Source: a virus
Lineage: Duplodnaviria; Heunggongvirae; Uroviricota; Caudoviricetes
Reading direction: 5' to 3' (one strand)
IMG/VR virus record: IMGVR_UViG_3300045988_158256
Length of the DNA: 64,000 nucleotides
The translations under genes were made by a program, and so were the position numbers. Below the pieces are notes generated by a model. It was not told the DNA's origin and did no database searches. It worked only from the letters and a program-made list of their open reading frames with translations. This document shows, piece after piece, positions 41,774 through 50,500 of this stretch. Each line of letters opens with the position of its first letter. Position 1 is the first letter of the stretch.

Positions 41774-42625
41774 TTATTGCGCGCTTTCGGGGTTGTCGTT
41801 TACTGGCTGCCCCTTCTTGGTTTTACGGCTGCGCGTAACTGATGCGGCTGACTTAACCTTTTTCTCTTCGCGAGTGATGGCAATTTGTTTTTTTACATTT
41901 TCAATATCTGCCAGGCGATATATTTTTGCTTGCGGCCAGCGGTCGCAGATGATCGGTTCTATGGAGTCATAAAGGCTAAATTTTGCTTTTTCGAATTCAC
42001 CGTTGATGATAATTCCATCACGGAGAGTTTCATCGCAGATAAACACGCCACACAGTGGCACATGGTAACTAACTGATTTACCATCATTGTAGTTAGGGCT
42101 ACTGGAAATGTAGTGGACGCGCAGCATTGTTTCGCTAAAGCCGTGTACGCGCATACGGAATTTTTCATCCTCCGGGTACTGCTTCATTAGCTCTTTTGTT
42201 GCTTCCAGGTTCTCTATGTATTTCGCACTGTGCTCATTGATCCCCGCGCTTTTTTGGATGCGAATGTCCTTATCAATCAGATGAATAATGCGGCCAGCGG
42301 TCATGTTGACGCTGTTCACAGCTTCTGTCTGATAAGTTGTAACCTTACGCACACCGCGAAGGATGTTAGGCACTGGATATAAAATAGTCTTTGGGATATT
42401 GAGGTCTGGATACTGTTCCAGTTCCCGCGCCATTAAAGTCCATTTATCAATTTCAGCCTGAATGCTGTCCGTTTCTTTGAACGGCAGAACGACAACCGGG
42501 CGAACAGGACGACCGTCGCTGGCGGCATCAACGTGTTGGGCGCGTGCAACAGCTTTTTTTAGAAAGAGATCCCTGAAGCTGACGAACTCCTGGTACAGTT
42601 GTTCGCCGTAGACATAATTTATCAT
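41774..42625 (-). CDS. c1: C1 repressor of lysis
   Basis: 283 aa beginning MINYVYGEQLYQEFVSFRDLFLKKAVARAQ; recognised as P1 C1. Confidence 0.92.
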   Translation of the reverse strand: MINYVYGEQLYQEFVSFRDLFLKKAVARAQHVDAASDGRPVRPVVVLPFKETDSIQAEIDKWTLMARELEQYPDLNIPKTILYPVPNILRGVRKVTTYQTEAVNSVNMTAGRIIHLIDKDIRIQKSAGINEHSAKYIENLEATKELMKQYPEDEKFRMRVHGFSETMLRVHYISSSPNYNDGKSVSYHVPLCGVFICDETLRDGIIINGEFEKAKFSLYDSIEPIICDRWPQAKIYRLADIENVKKQIAITREEKKVKSAASVTRSRKTKKGQPVNDNPESAQ

Positions 42626-42719
42626 TGATCCTCCTCCAGAATTGACATGGCCAACAACTCACAGCGGATTACACTGGGAGTTGTTGGCCACCATTATAGA
42701 AGGATCCAACGAAAATAAT

Positions 42720-42736
42720 AGATTTATTAGTGCATT
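42720..42736 (-). promoter_or_regulatory. C1 operator-like site in c1-coi region
   Basis: Reverse complement AATGCACTAATAAATCT, 14/17. Confidence 0.45.
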
Positions 42737-42945
42737 TATTGTGAGTCTGGCTGGTTAGTGGCCATGAGATATTCGATTGTGTCAGTGAGATCATCCAGGT
42801 CGTCTTGGGTGATGCGGTACTCCTGATTGGATATCTTTGAGTAGTGTTCAGCAATGGCGCGGGCAGCGTCGGTTTCGGCGGGGTCTACAGATAAAGCGTT
42901 AGAGCAATGTCTAACGTCGTCGATGGTTGGTGGAATGAAAGCCAT
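42736..42945 (-). CDS. coi: C1 inactivator Coi
   Basis: 69-aa ORF immediately upstream of c1 on same strand. Confidence 0.7.
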   Translation of the reverse strand: MAFIPPTIDDVRHCSNALSVDPAETDAARAIAEHYSKISNQEYRITQDDLDDLTDTIEYLMATNQPDSQ

Positions 42946-43183
42946 AATTATGCCTCACTGTATTGACAACACAGAGCCTGAAGCTCTGACCTACTGTTTC
43001 ACCCATGATCCATGCTGGGGTAATCTAACAACATTGCGCTGTGTGTAAGATGAGCAATGCATAGCTGTAATGCCGTTGTATAAGGTTTCCCTGTTTGCTC
43101 ATTTCCTTCTGAGCCGCTCTACAACGCTGAAGACACATTAAATAGTGAATCCAAAGTCGTATTACGAAACGGCGGCAAAACTA

Positions 43184-43200
43184 TAATTTATTAGAGCAAT
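43184..43200 (-). promoter_or_regulatory. C1 operator
   Basis: Reverse complement ATTGCTCTAATAAATTA, 16/17. Confidence 0.65.
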
Positions 43201-43266
43201 TGTCAAACAACTATGAAAAACAATCCAGTTTTTGGCTGGTGGAGTGGGATTTTTCTCTCAAAATTT

Positions 43267-43283
43267 ATTGCTCTAATAATTCT
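43267..43283 (+). promoter_or_regulatory. C1 operator
   Basis: ATTGCTCTAATAATTCT, 15/17; with previous site brackets the coi-c1 promoter region. Confidence 0.6.
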
Positions 43284-43326
43284 TGATTTTTATGCGCAGC
43301 TGGACGTAAACTCCTCTTCGGACCTA

Positions 43327-43360
43327 ATAACTTCGTATAGCATACATTATACGAAGTTAT
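43327..43360. other. loxP: loxP recombination site
   Basis: Exact 34-bp ATAACTTCGTATA-GCATACAT-TATACGAAGTTAT. Confidence 0.99.
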
Positions 43361-43432
43361 CTTAAGGGTTATTGAACATGATCAATTTACCTGTAAATCC
43401 ATACAGTTCAATACCTTATCAGGTTAAATAGT

Positions 43433-43452
43433 GATCACTTGATCATTTGATC
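43433..43452. promoter_or_regulatory. TGATCA triplet (three Dam sites) in cre upstream region
   Basis: GTGATCACTTGATCATTTGATCAAGG; three GATC within 20 bp. Confidence 0.5.
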
Positions 43453-43549
43453 AAGGTTGCGCTACGTAAAATCTGCGAAATGTTGGCAGTGTTAGTGCTC
43501 CAGATTTCGCGTAGCGCACTTAGCACCACCAATCAATCAGAGGTGAAAA

Positions 43550-43771
43550 ATGGGATATTCAGCTGCTAAAGTGTCCACTCATCTTGAGCTTGAGAAAAAC
43601 CGTGGTTACTGGCGGGCAAAAGGGTTTGATCGTGATAGTTGCCAACTGTCATTATCGCGCGGTGAAGAGAAAATAGAACGCACGCGCGGTCGCTGGCGTT
43701 TCTATGACGAGAACCATAAACAGGTAAAGGCAGAGCCGATCCTGTACACTTTACTTAAAACCATTATCTGA
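43550..43771 (+). CDS. hypothetical small protein upstream of cre
   Basis: 73 aa with AGAGGTG SD, ends 8 nt before cre. Confidence 0.3.
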   Translation: MGYSAAKVSTHLELEKNRGYWRAKGFDRDSCQLSLSRGEEKIERTRGRWRFYDENHKQVKAEPILYTLLKTII

Positions 43772-43778
43772 GTGTTAA

Positions 43779-44810
43779 ATGTCCAATTTACTGACCGTAC
43801 ACCAAAATTTGCCTGCATTACCGGTCGATGCAATGAGTGATGAGGTTCGCAAGAACCTGATGGACATGTTCAGGGATCGCCAGGCGTTTTCTGAGCATAC
43901 CTGGAAAATGCTTCTGTCCGTTTGCCGGTCGTGGGCGGCATGGTGCAAGTTGAATAACCGGAAATGGTTTCCCGCAGAACCTGAAGATGTTCGCGATTAT
44001 CTTCTATATCTTCAGGCGCGCGGTCTGGCAGTAAAAACTATCCAGCAACATTTGGGCCAGCTAAACATGCTTCATCGTCGGTCCGGGCTGCCACGACCAA
44101 GTGACAGTAATGCTGTTTCACTGGTCATGCGGCGGATTCGAAAAGAAAACGTTGATGCCGGTGAACGTGCAAAACAGGCATTGGCGTTCGAACGCACTGA
44201 TTTCGACCAGGTTCGTTCACTCATGGAAAATAGCGATCGCTGCCAGGATATACGGAATCTGGCGTTTCTGGGGATTGCTTATAACACCCTGTTACGTATA
44301 GCCGAAATTGCCAGGATCAGGGTTAAAGATATCTCACGTACTGACGGTGGGAGAATGTTAATCCATATTGGCAGAACGAAAACACTGGTTAGCACCGCAG
44401 GTGTAGAGAAGGCACTTAGCCTGGGGGTAACTAAACTGGTCGAGCGATGGATTTCTGTCTCTGGTGTGGCTGATGATCCGAATAACTACCTGTTTTGCCG
44501 TGTCAGAAAAAATGGTGTTGCCGCGCCATCTGCCACCAGCCAGCTATCAACTCGCGCTCTGGAAGGGATTTTTGAAGCAACTCATCGATTGATTTACGGC
44601 GCTAAGGATGACTCTGGGCAGAGATACCTGGCCTGGTCTGGACACAGTGCCCGTGTCGGAGCCGCGCGAGATATGGCCCGCGCCGGAGTTTCAATACCGG
44701 AGATCATGCAAGCTGGTGGCTGGACCAACGTAAATATTGTCATGAACTACATTCGTAACCTGGATAGTGAAACGGGGGCAATGGTGCGCCTGCTGGAAGA
44801 TGGCGATTAG
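43779..44810 (+). CDS. cre: Cre tyrosine recombinase
   Basis: 343 aa beginning MSNLLTVHQNLPALPVDA; adjacent loxP. Confidence 0.98.
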   Translation: MSNLLTVHQNLPALPVDAMSDEVRKNLMDMFRDRQAFSEHTWKMLLSVCRSWAAWCKLNNRKWFPAEPEDVRDYLLYLQARGLAVKTIQQHLGQLNMLHRRSGLPRPSDSNAVSLVMRRIRKENVDAGERAKQALAFERTDFDQVRSLMENSDRCQDIRNLAFLGIAYNTLLRIAEIARIRVKDISRTDGGRMLIHIGRTKTLVSTAGVEKALSLGVTKLVERWISVSGVADDPNNYLFCRVRKNGVAAPSATSQLSTRALEGIFEATHRLIYGAKDDSGQRYLAWSGHSARVGAARDMARAGVSIPEIMQAGGWTNVNIVMNYIRNLDSETGAMVRLLEDGD

Positions 44811-44827
44811 CCGTTTATTTGCAACTG

Positions 44828-44844
44828 ATTGCTCTAATTATTTG
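44828..44844 (+). promoter_or_regulatory. C1 operator-like site
   Basis: ATTGCTCTAATTATTTG, 15/17. Confidence 0.5.
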
Positions 44845-44860
44845 ATATTTATGGTGACAC

Positions 44861-45172
44861 ATGCGGAAGGATTTCAAAATAGACGGAAAATATGTGGTGC
44901 TGTCTGTAAGCTCTCAAATTCAGTCACCATCTGTCATTGTCACCGTAAAGTTGAGCGATAGGATGCCTGATATCGACTCGATATCTGTTGCGTTCCCCGT
45001 TAAAAGCATGCGGAGTGCTGAACATTTTGTGATGAATGCAACGGAGGAGGAAGCGCGGCGCGGGCTTACTAGAGTGATGGTGGAATTTGGCGAACTCCTG
45101 GGTAAGGTAAACAATGCCCTTTCAATCAGTTCAGCAAGATCCAAAGCGTTAACAGCTTCCATGATGAAATAA
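44861..45172 (+). CDS. cra: cre-associated small protein
   Basis: 103-aa ORF downstream of cre, followed by terminator. Confidence 0.4.
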   Translation: MRKDFKIDGKYVVLSVSSQIQSPSVIVTVKLSDRMPDIDSISVAFPVKSMRSAEHFVMNATEEEARRGLTRVMVEFGELLGKVNNALSISSARSKALTASMMK

Positions 45173-45173
45173 A

Positions 45174-45200
45174 AAAAGCCTGGCAAGGAGCCAGGCTGCA
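45174..45200 (+). terminator. rho-independent terminator
   Basis: A-run, GCCTGGC-aagga-GCCAGGC hairpin. Confidence 0.6.
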
Positions 45201-45303
45201 CAAAAGAGCGGGTTTGTATTCCGCATCCAATCAATCAAGAAGGAGTATAGCACACAGGTACTGAAGTGAAAAAATGTGATTCGCGATTAACAAAATATCC
45301 ACC

Positions 45304-45320
45304 ATTGCTCTAATTGATCG
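45304..45320 (+). promoter_or_regulatory. C1 operator-like site upstream of ref
   Basis: ATTGCTCTAATTGATCG, 13/17, next to TATAAT. Confidence 0.45.
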
Positions 45321-45386
45321 CTATAATTAAGCCGCAGTTTTTGTCAACTACGAAGACGTTGCCATTACTTAACTCCTTGACATCAT

Positions 45387-45415
45387 TGGCGGCCATTAGG
45401 CCGCCTTTTTTTTGC
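45387..45415 (+). terminator. hairpin plus T8 in ref leader
   Basis: GGCGGCC-atta-GGCCGCC followed by TTTTTTTT ending 4 nt before ref ATG. Confidence 0.55.
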
Positions 45416-45418
45416 CAT

Positions 45419-45979
45419 ATGAAAACAATCGAACAAAAACTTGAACAGCGCCGCGAGTGGCAGAAGGCAGCCAGAGAACGAGCGATCGCTCGGCAACGGG
45501 AAAAGTTGGCTGACCCCGCTTGGCGAGAATCGCAATATCAGAAAATGCGGGATTCTATCGACCGCCGTATCGCTAAACAGAAAGAGCGCCCACCAGCCAG
45601 CAAAACGCGGAAAAGCGCGGTAAAAATAAAATCTCGTGGCTTGAAGGGGAGAACACTAATGGCGGAGGAACGGCGCATCGCCAATGCTCTTGGCGCTCTC
45701 CCCTGCATTGCCTGCTACATGCATGGAGTAATATCTGGAGAGGTATCTCTGCACCATATCTCCGGTCGTACCGCGCCGGGTTGTCACAAAAAGCAATTGC
45801 CCCTTTGTAGATGGCACCACCAGCATGCAGCACCGGCTGAAGTAAGAGAAAAATACCCCTGGCTGGTCCCTGTTCATGCCGATGGTGTGGTTGGAGGCAA
45901 GAAAGAATTCACCTTGCTGAACAAGTCAGAGATGGAGTTGCTGGCTGACGCCTATGAGATGGCAAACATCATGCACTAA
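45419..45979 (+). CDS. ref: recombination enhancement function Ref (HNH endonuclease)
   Basis: 186 aa from MKTIEQKLEQRREW; HNH-like Cys/His motifs. Confidence 0.85.
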   Translation: MKTIEQKLEQRREWQKAARERAIARQREKLADPAWRESQYQKMRDSIDRRIAKQKERPPASKTRKSAVKIKSRGLKGRTLMAEERRIANALGALPCIACYMHGVISGEVSLHHISGRTAPGCHKKQLPLCRWHHQHAAPAEVREKYPWLVPVHADGVVGGKKEFTLLNKSEMELLADAYEMANIMH

Positions 45980-46016
45980 TAAATATATTATTTTTAATCT
46001 GAAATAATTGACAACT

Positions 46017-46027
46017 GACAAGTGACT
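46017..46027 (+). promoter_or_regulatory. late-promoter-like box GACAAGTGACT
   Basis: ACAWGTGACT-type motif upstream of mat. Confidence 0.4.
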
Positions 46028-46167
46028 TCAGTCAGAATCATCACATGCCCGGTACGGATGGATCCCTTTTCAAATATTCCATGGACGGCACAGTCTGAGT
46101 ACCGGGCGCTACCTTCAGTTGTATTGCTAAGCCGCCGCTGGTGGCTTTTCTTTTTTGTAGGGGCGCT

Positions 46168-46809
46168 ATGGATAAGAAAATATGCGTTGTTTCGATGAGC
46201 GTCGGCAAACCGGCGTCAATGACTGCCGCATGGATCAACAATGAGCTAATAATGGCTGAGCGGACCAGCTACCCTGAACGCCGCCGCGATATGGAACTCC
46301 AGCTGCTGCGCGAATTGCGAGAAAAAGAGGAAAAGGGTTTTATCGTGCTGGTGGAAGAGGAAAACAGCTTTATTACTGGTCGAGTTGGCCAGCGTGTAAG
46401 GTTGCGCGATCCCTTCATGAACGGCAGGCCGGTACTGATTGAAGCAATGCAGATTTACAAGGAGCTGGAACGCCAGAAAGCGATCAAGTTACCGCGCAAG
46501 GAATCCGGCAAATACATCCTCCACCAAAGCATCTTCGATTCCGAACACGATAAAAAAGGCGATGAATTTTTCAACATCAACTGGAGCGAAATAACGACAG
46601 AGCACGTTCTGACGTTGTTATGCTGCTTCGCAACGGAATACAACAACGTTGCAAGCTCCGACTACATCAGGGCAATGGCTGGAGAAGTTGAGGCACGCCA
46701 GGAACCATCGTTACTAAGCCCTCTGATTAACATAATTCGCGGAACCCAAACACTGGCGCAAAAACAAGTACCACAAGGGGAATTGACAGGTAAAGGTAAT
46801 TATCTCTGA
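46168..46809 (+). CDS. mat: maturation control protein
   Basis: 213 aa from MDKKICVV; position between ref and lxc. Confidence 0.55.
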   Translation: MDKKICVVSMSVGKPASMTAAWINNELIMAERTSYPERRRDMELQLLRELREKEEKGFIVLVEEENSFITGRVGQRVRLRDPFMNGRPVLIEAMQIYKELERQKAIKLPRKESGKYILHQSIFDSEHDKKGDEFFNINWSEITTEHVLTLLCCFATEYNNVASSDYIRAMAGEVEARQEPSLLSPLINIIRGTQTLAQKQVPQGELTGKGNYL

Positions 46810-46848
46810 AAGATGCCCGGCGATAGACCGGGCAAAAGGGCGGAAAGT

Positions 46849-47097
46849 TTAATCAGCATTCAGGAGCAATGCGTTATCTATGATGATCTGCTCCCATTCT
46901 TCGAATGCCCGATCGCGGACGCCCTGGGGAACACTGTTAGTTTTGAAATCGACGACCGTACGCCATTTCCCGTCCGGACGGTACATGCGCAGAGCTTTAC
47001 TTCCCCCTTTCCTGCGCACCTCAACGTTATGCTTGTCAGCAAACTCTTGTAATGCTCGTAGCGTCCCATGCTTTACTGTGTAGTATCGCTTTTTCAA
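46849..47097 (-). CDS. lxc: Lxc/Bof co-repressor-like protein
   Basis: 82-aa basic ORF, last gene of ulx-darB operon. Confidence 0.55.
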   Translation of the reverse strand: MKKRYYTVKHGTLRALQEFADKHNVEVRRKGGSKALRMYRPDGKWRTVVDFKTNSVPQGVRDRAFEEWEQIIIDNALLLNAD

Positions 47098-47534
47098 GTT
47101 TTCTCTCCAGCCTGTGCCAAGGCTTCAACTTCCAAATCGTAAGACTCAAACTCATAGTCCTGGTCGTCAACTTCTTCAGGCACTGGCAGTAAATGCCAGG
47201 CTGAGTATATCTGACCATTATCAAAACGCTCCTGGCTGTAGAGCGTCGCGGCTATGAGTGTTAGCGCCGGGCGGTCATAACGGTAAATTTTGCGAACGTC
47301 ACGGTCAACGAGACGACCGAAATTACCATAACCGCGCTCCAGTAATAATTTTTTAATTTCCGGCCAGTATGGACCATAGCTGCGGTACAGGCGGGGATTT
47401 TTCAGTAATCGCCCGCGTAGCCCTGACAGGAAGAAATCAACGTATTCGTCTTCTGTCTTTCCTAACAACGCTGTACGGAGTACCGCCTCAAGATATGTTT
47501 TATTCGGTTTTATTGTATCAGATAGTGTGGCCAT
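47094..47534 (-). CDS. ulx: Ulx
   Basis: 146-aa ORF between darB and lxc. Confidence 0.55.
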   Translation of the reverse strand: MATLSDTIKPNKTYLEAVLRTALLGKTEDEYVDFFLSGLRGRLLKNPRLYRSYGPYWPEIKKLLLERGYGNFGRLVDRDVRKIYRYDRPALTLIAATLYSQERFDNGQIYSAWHLLPVPEEVDDQDYEFESYDLEVEALAQAGEKT

Positions 47535-47567
47535 ATTATGCGACGCCCGGCGAACCGGGCGCTCCTG

Positions 47568-50500
47568 TTATGCGTATTGTTGGATGACGGCCAGAACGTC
47601 CGCCACGTTGTGTTTTGTCTCGATAATCCACCAGTTACCCGGGAAATCGCTGTTCTTCGCCTTCGCTGGCAGCCAGCGAGCGCCGAATTTCGCCTTGATT
47701 GCGTCTTTCGCACGGAAAAGAACGCCTTTCATGCCTGAGGCTTCCTGAAGCCCAAATACCTCGCCAGCGGCGAATTTTGGTGCGTACATCATCTTCAGGT
47801 CGGCGGTGGATACGCGATAATTCAGACCAAGAGACTGAGCTATGCTGGTGGCATCACCCTGTATTGATGATAACTCTTCTTGTTTCTCGTTTCTGGCGGC
47901 AATCTCTTCCTCCGTGATGTTGCCAAGGGCCAGGTTTATCCGATCAGCGTCGGCCTGTTTCTCTTCATCGGTGCGCCCGGCAAGAACCGTGTTAATTCTC
48001 TGCAATATCTCCACATGATTCTTGCGCATGCTGAGCAATTCCGGCGTAACCTCGTTAAGATCCACCAGCCCAAGGATGGCAAGGTCGGAAAACATTGATA
48101 CCAGGTTGTAGGTCATGCGATAGCTGAGTTGACCATAGGCTGATGGCAACTTCACCGCATCCATTTGATAGGCATCCATAAATTTAGAGCCGTCGTTTAC
48201 GACATCCGCTATTGCAGGTGTGATTTTCCCTGTGGTGGCGGCCTCCCTGATTGCTGTTACCCACGATTGAGTCAGCGCGGCGACTGCATGATTCAGATTG
48301 GCTTCCCGTTCTGCTGCGATGCGCGCGCTTGCTGCGTCCATTGCCTGCTTGATCTCGGCTTTATTGCTGTAAATGCCAATGGTGCCAAACTGTGCTGTGG
48401 TGATCTCATAATCTGACGCCCGGAACTCATTGGTACCGAAAATGGCATTGGTGACTTCAAGTTCAGAATCCCCGTTACGAGTAGCCCCCTGGCTTGTTTT
48501 TTCCGGCATTCTGGCGATCGCATCCGCTATTTTCTCCTGAATTGCTTCAGGGGATAGCGCATCTCCGTATGACGCGATTACATCGCCATAATTGGAGCCA
48601 AACAATTCAACCAGGAATGTTTCTGCCGAACGGATCTGGCGGTTATTCCCTTCCGACATCATACCAAGCACCCATTTTGCAATTGACGACTTCAGCGCGC
48701 CGTCACGGCGATCCGGGTAAACCGCATGCTTCAGTGGGTCCGTATAGGTACCAACAAAATCAATGCTATAGCCTGACTCTGTAGTCTGAACGCCGTACGA
48801 GTCAGTTATTTTGATCATGCCGCGCTGCTGGAAACGGTAGAAATCGTCACAGGAAATGATGTCGTTAATCCCGGCGATGGAGACGCCACCACTGATTTTC
48901 TGCATAACAGCATCTTCATCGGGAGTTACATCCACCTGTTTATCCAGCGTCTTCACATCCCAGTTACCCGATTTGGTGCCTTTGAAGGTAAAGATGATCT
49001 CCACGTCTGCGCGCTGGCTGTCGAAGTCCAGCGACTTAATGCGAACGATATCACCGGCACAATCGTAGTATTGGCCTACACGCCATGAGCGATCGCCGAT
49101 AACAAGGAACTCACTCGCATGGTTAACCAGGTCAGGATCAACATCCAGAATGCCTTTATTTATTGCATCCTCCACCAGCGGGCGCAGGCGTTTGATATCC
49201 GTCGCGGCCTTCTGAGTACGGTTCAATAATTTCTCATAGCGGGAGATGGCTTGAGAGATATTAGCCTTGCGCTGAATGGCGTTTTTCAACGACGCGCGAT
49301 ACTGTGCTAACAACATACGGTCTGTGTGATGGACGCTCCCCCAGCGGGCCTTCCAGTCTGCGTTATCAGCTGCTTTGGCCATTACCGCCTGTTTGAATTT
49401 AGCTACCTCGGCGGTGGTCTTTTCAAGTTCCGCTTTGCTTCGCTCTAATTCAGCGGTAAGTACCTCCACATCCTCGCCAGCTGCGTGCTGCGCCTTGATG
49501 TAGTTCTGAAGGTCGATAGTAGCCTGTTCTTTCTGGCGAGCGCGTTGCGCGGCTTTCGCCTTATCCATTTGAACCTGCATCATTGCCAGACGTTCGCCAT
49601 CATCCTTAGCGGTATACATCTGCATTTCGATCATATCGTTGGCGTCGGCGTTCTCCATTTCAGACTTATCTGAGCGGAGGATATCGGAGATCCAGCCTGC
49701 TTTACGCTTCAGCGTCTTCAGTCGGTATTCATCGAAAGAACCCTTGCCGCAGTAGTAGTGAACGCGAACGCTTGCACGGTTGGAACCAACTCGGGCACCG
49801 CGACCGTTACGCTGTGCGATACTGGCTGGTGTCCATGGCAACGTCAGATGATGGATGTCAGTCGTTCCTCGATGCAGGTTGATACCCACCTCTGCCTTTT
49901 TGTTGCAGATGATGATCGGAGTCCGGCCCTCCTGGAAGTCGGCAGCAATCTTTTCCAGCCCGCCCAGCGACATTTCATTTTGCTGCGCGATATAGGCGTC
50001 ATACAGAGCCATTTGCTCGTTGTATTTCGCTATCTGTGCATCTGTTGGTTCATCCGGTAGCTCTTTCGGCGGTTTAACCGCTTTCAGTTTCTTACCGGTT
50101 TTACCTGCCTCGGCAACCGTCTGAGCATTCAGGATCCCCACCTTTGAAGGTTCAAGGTTAAGAGCATTGCAGATAATGCGCTTGAGCTTCTGGTGTTGCG
50201 TTTTTTCATCGGTGAAGATGATTTGCTTACCTTCCGGGAAAAACTCCTTCAGCGTGGCAATCAGCTTCGCGTATTTGGGCGTAACGGGGTGAGTTACGGT
50301 CTGTTCGTCAATGCCAAACTTGGCCAGGCGCTTATTCACTTCCTGCTCAAATGCTTCCGGTACCTGCAACTGAATAAACTCGCCCTTATCTATCAGGGAG
50401 TATTGCGATTGCTGCGTGATCGAATCATCACTGTCGTCGTCTTCGCTGGTGGCTTGTTTAGGCAAACTGTCCGCCAGCTGCTGCACCGCATCGGCGTACT

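Noticed and set aside
43779-44810. Tyrosine recombinase as evidence of an integron or integrative element
   Set aside because: It is Cre with its loxP site 420 bp upstream, the P1 dimer-resolution system; no attC/attI arrays or cassettes present
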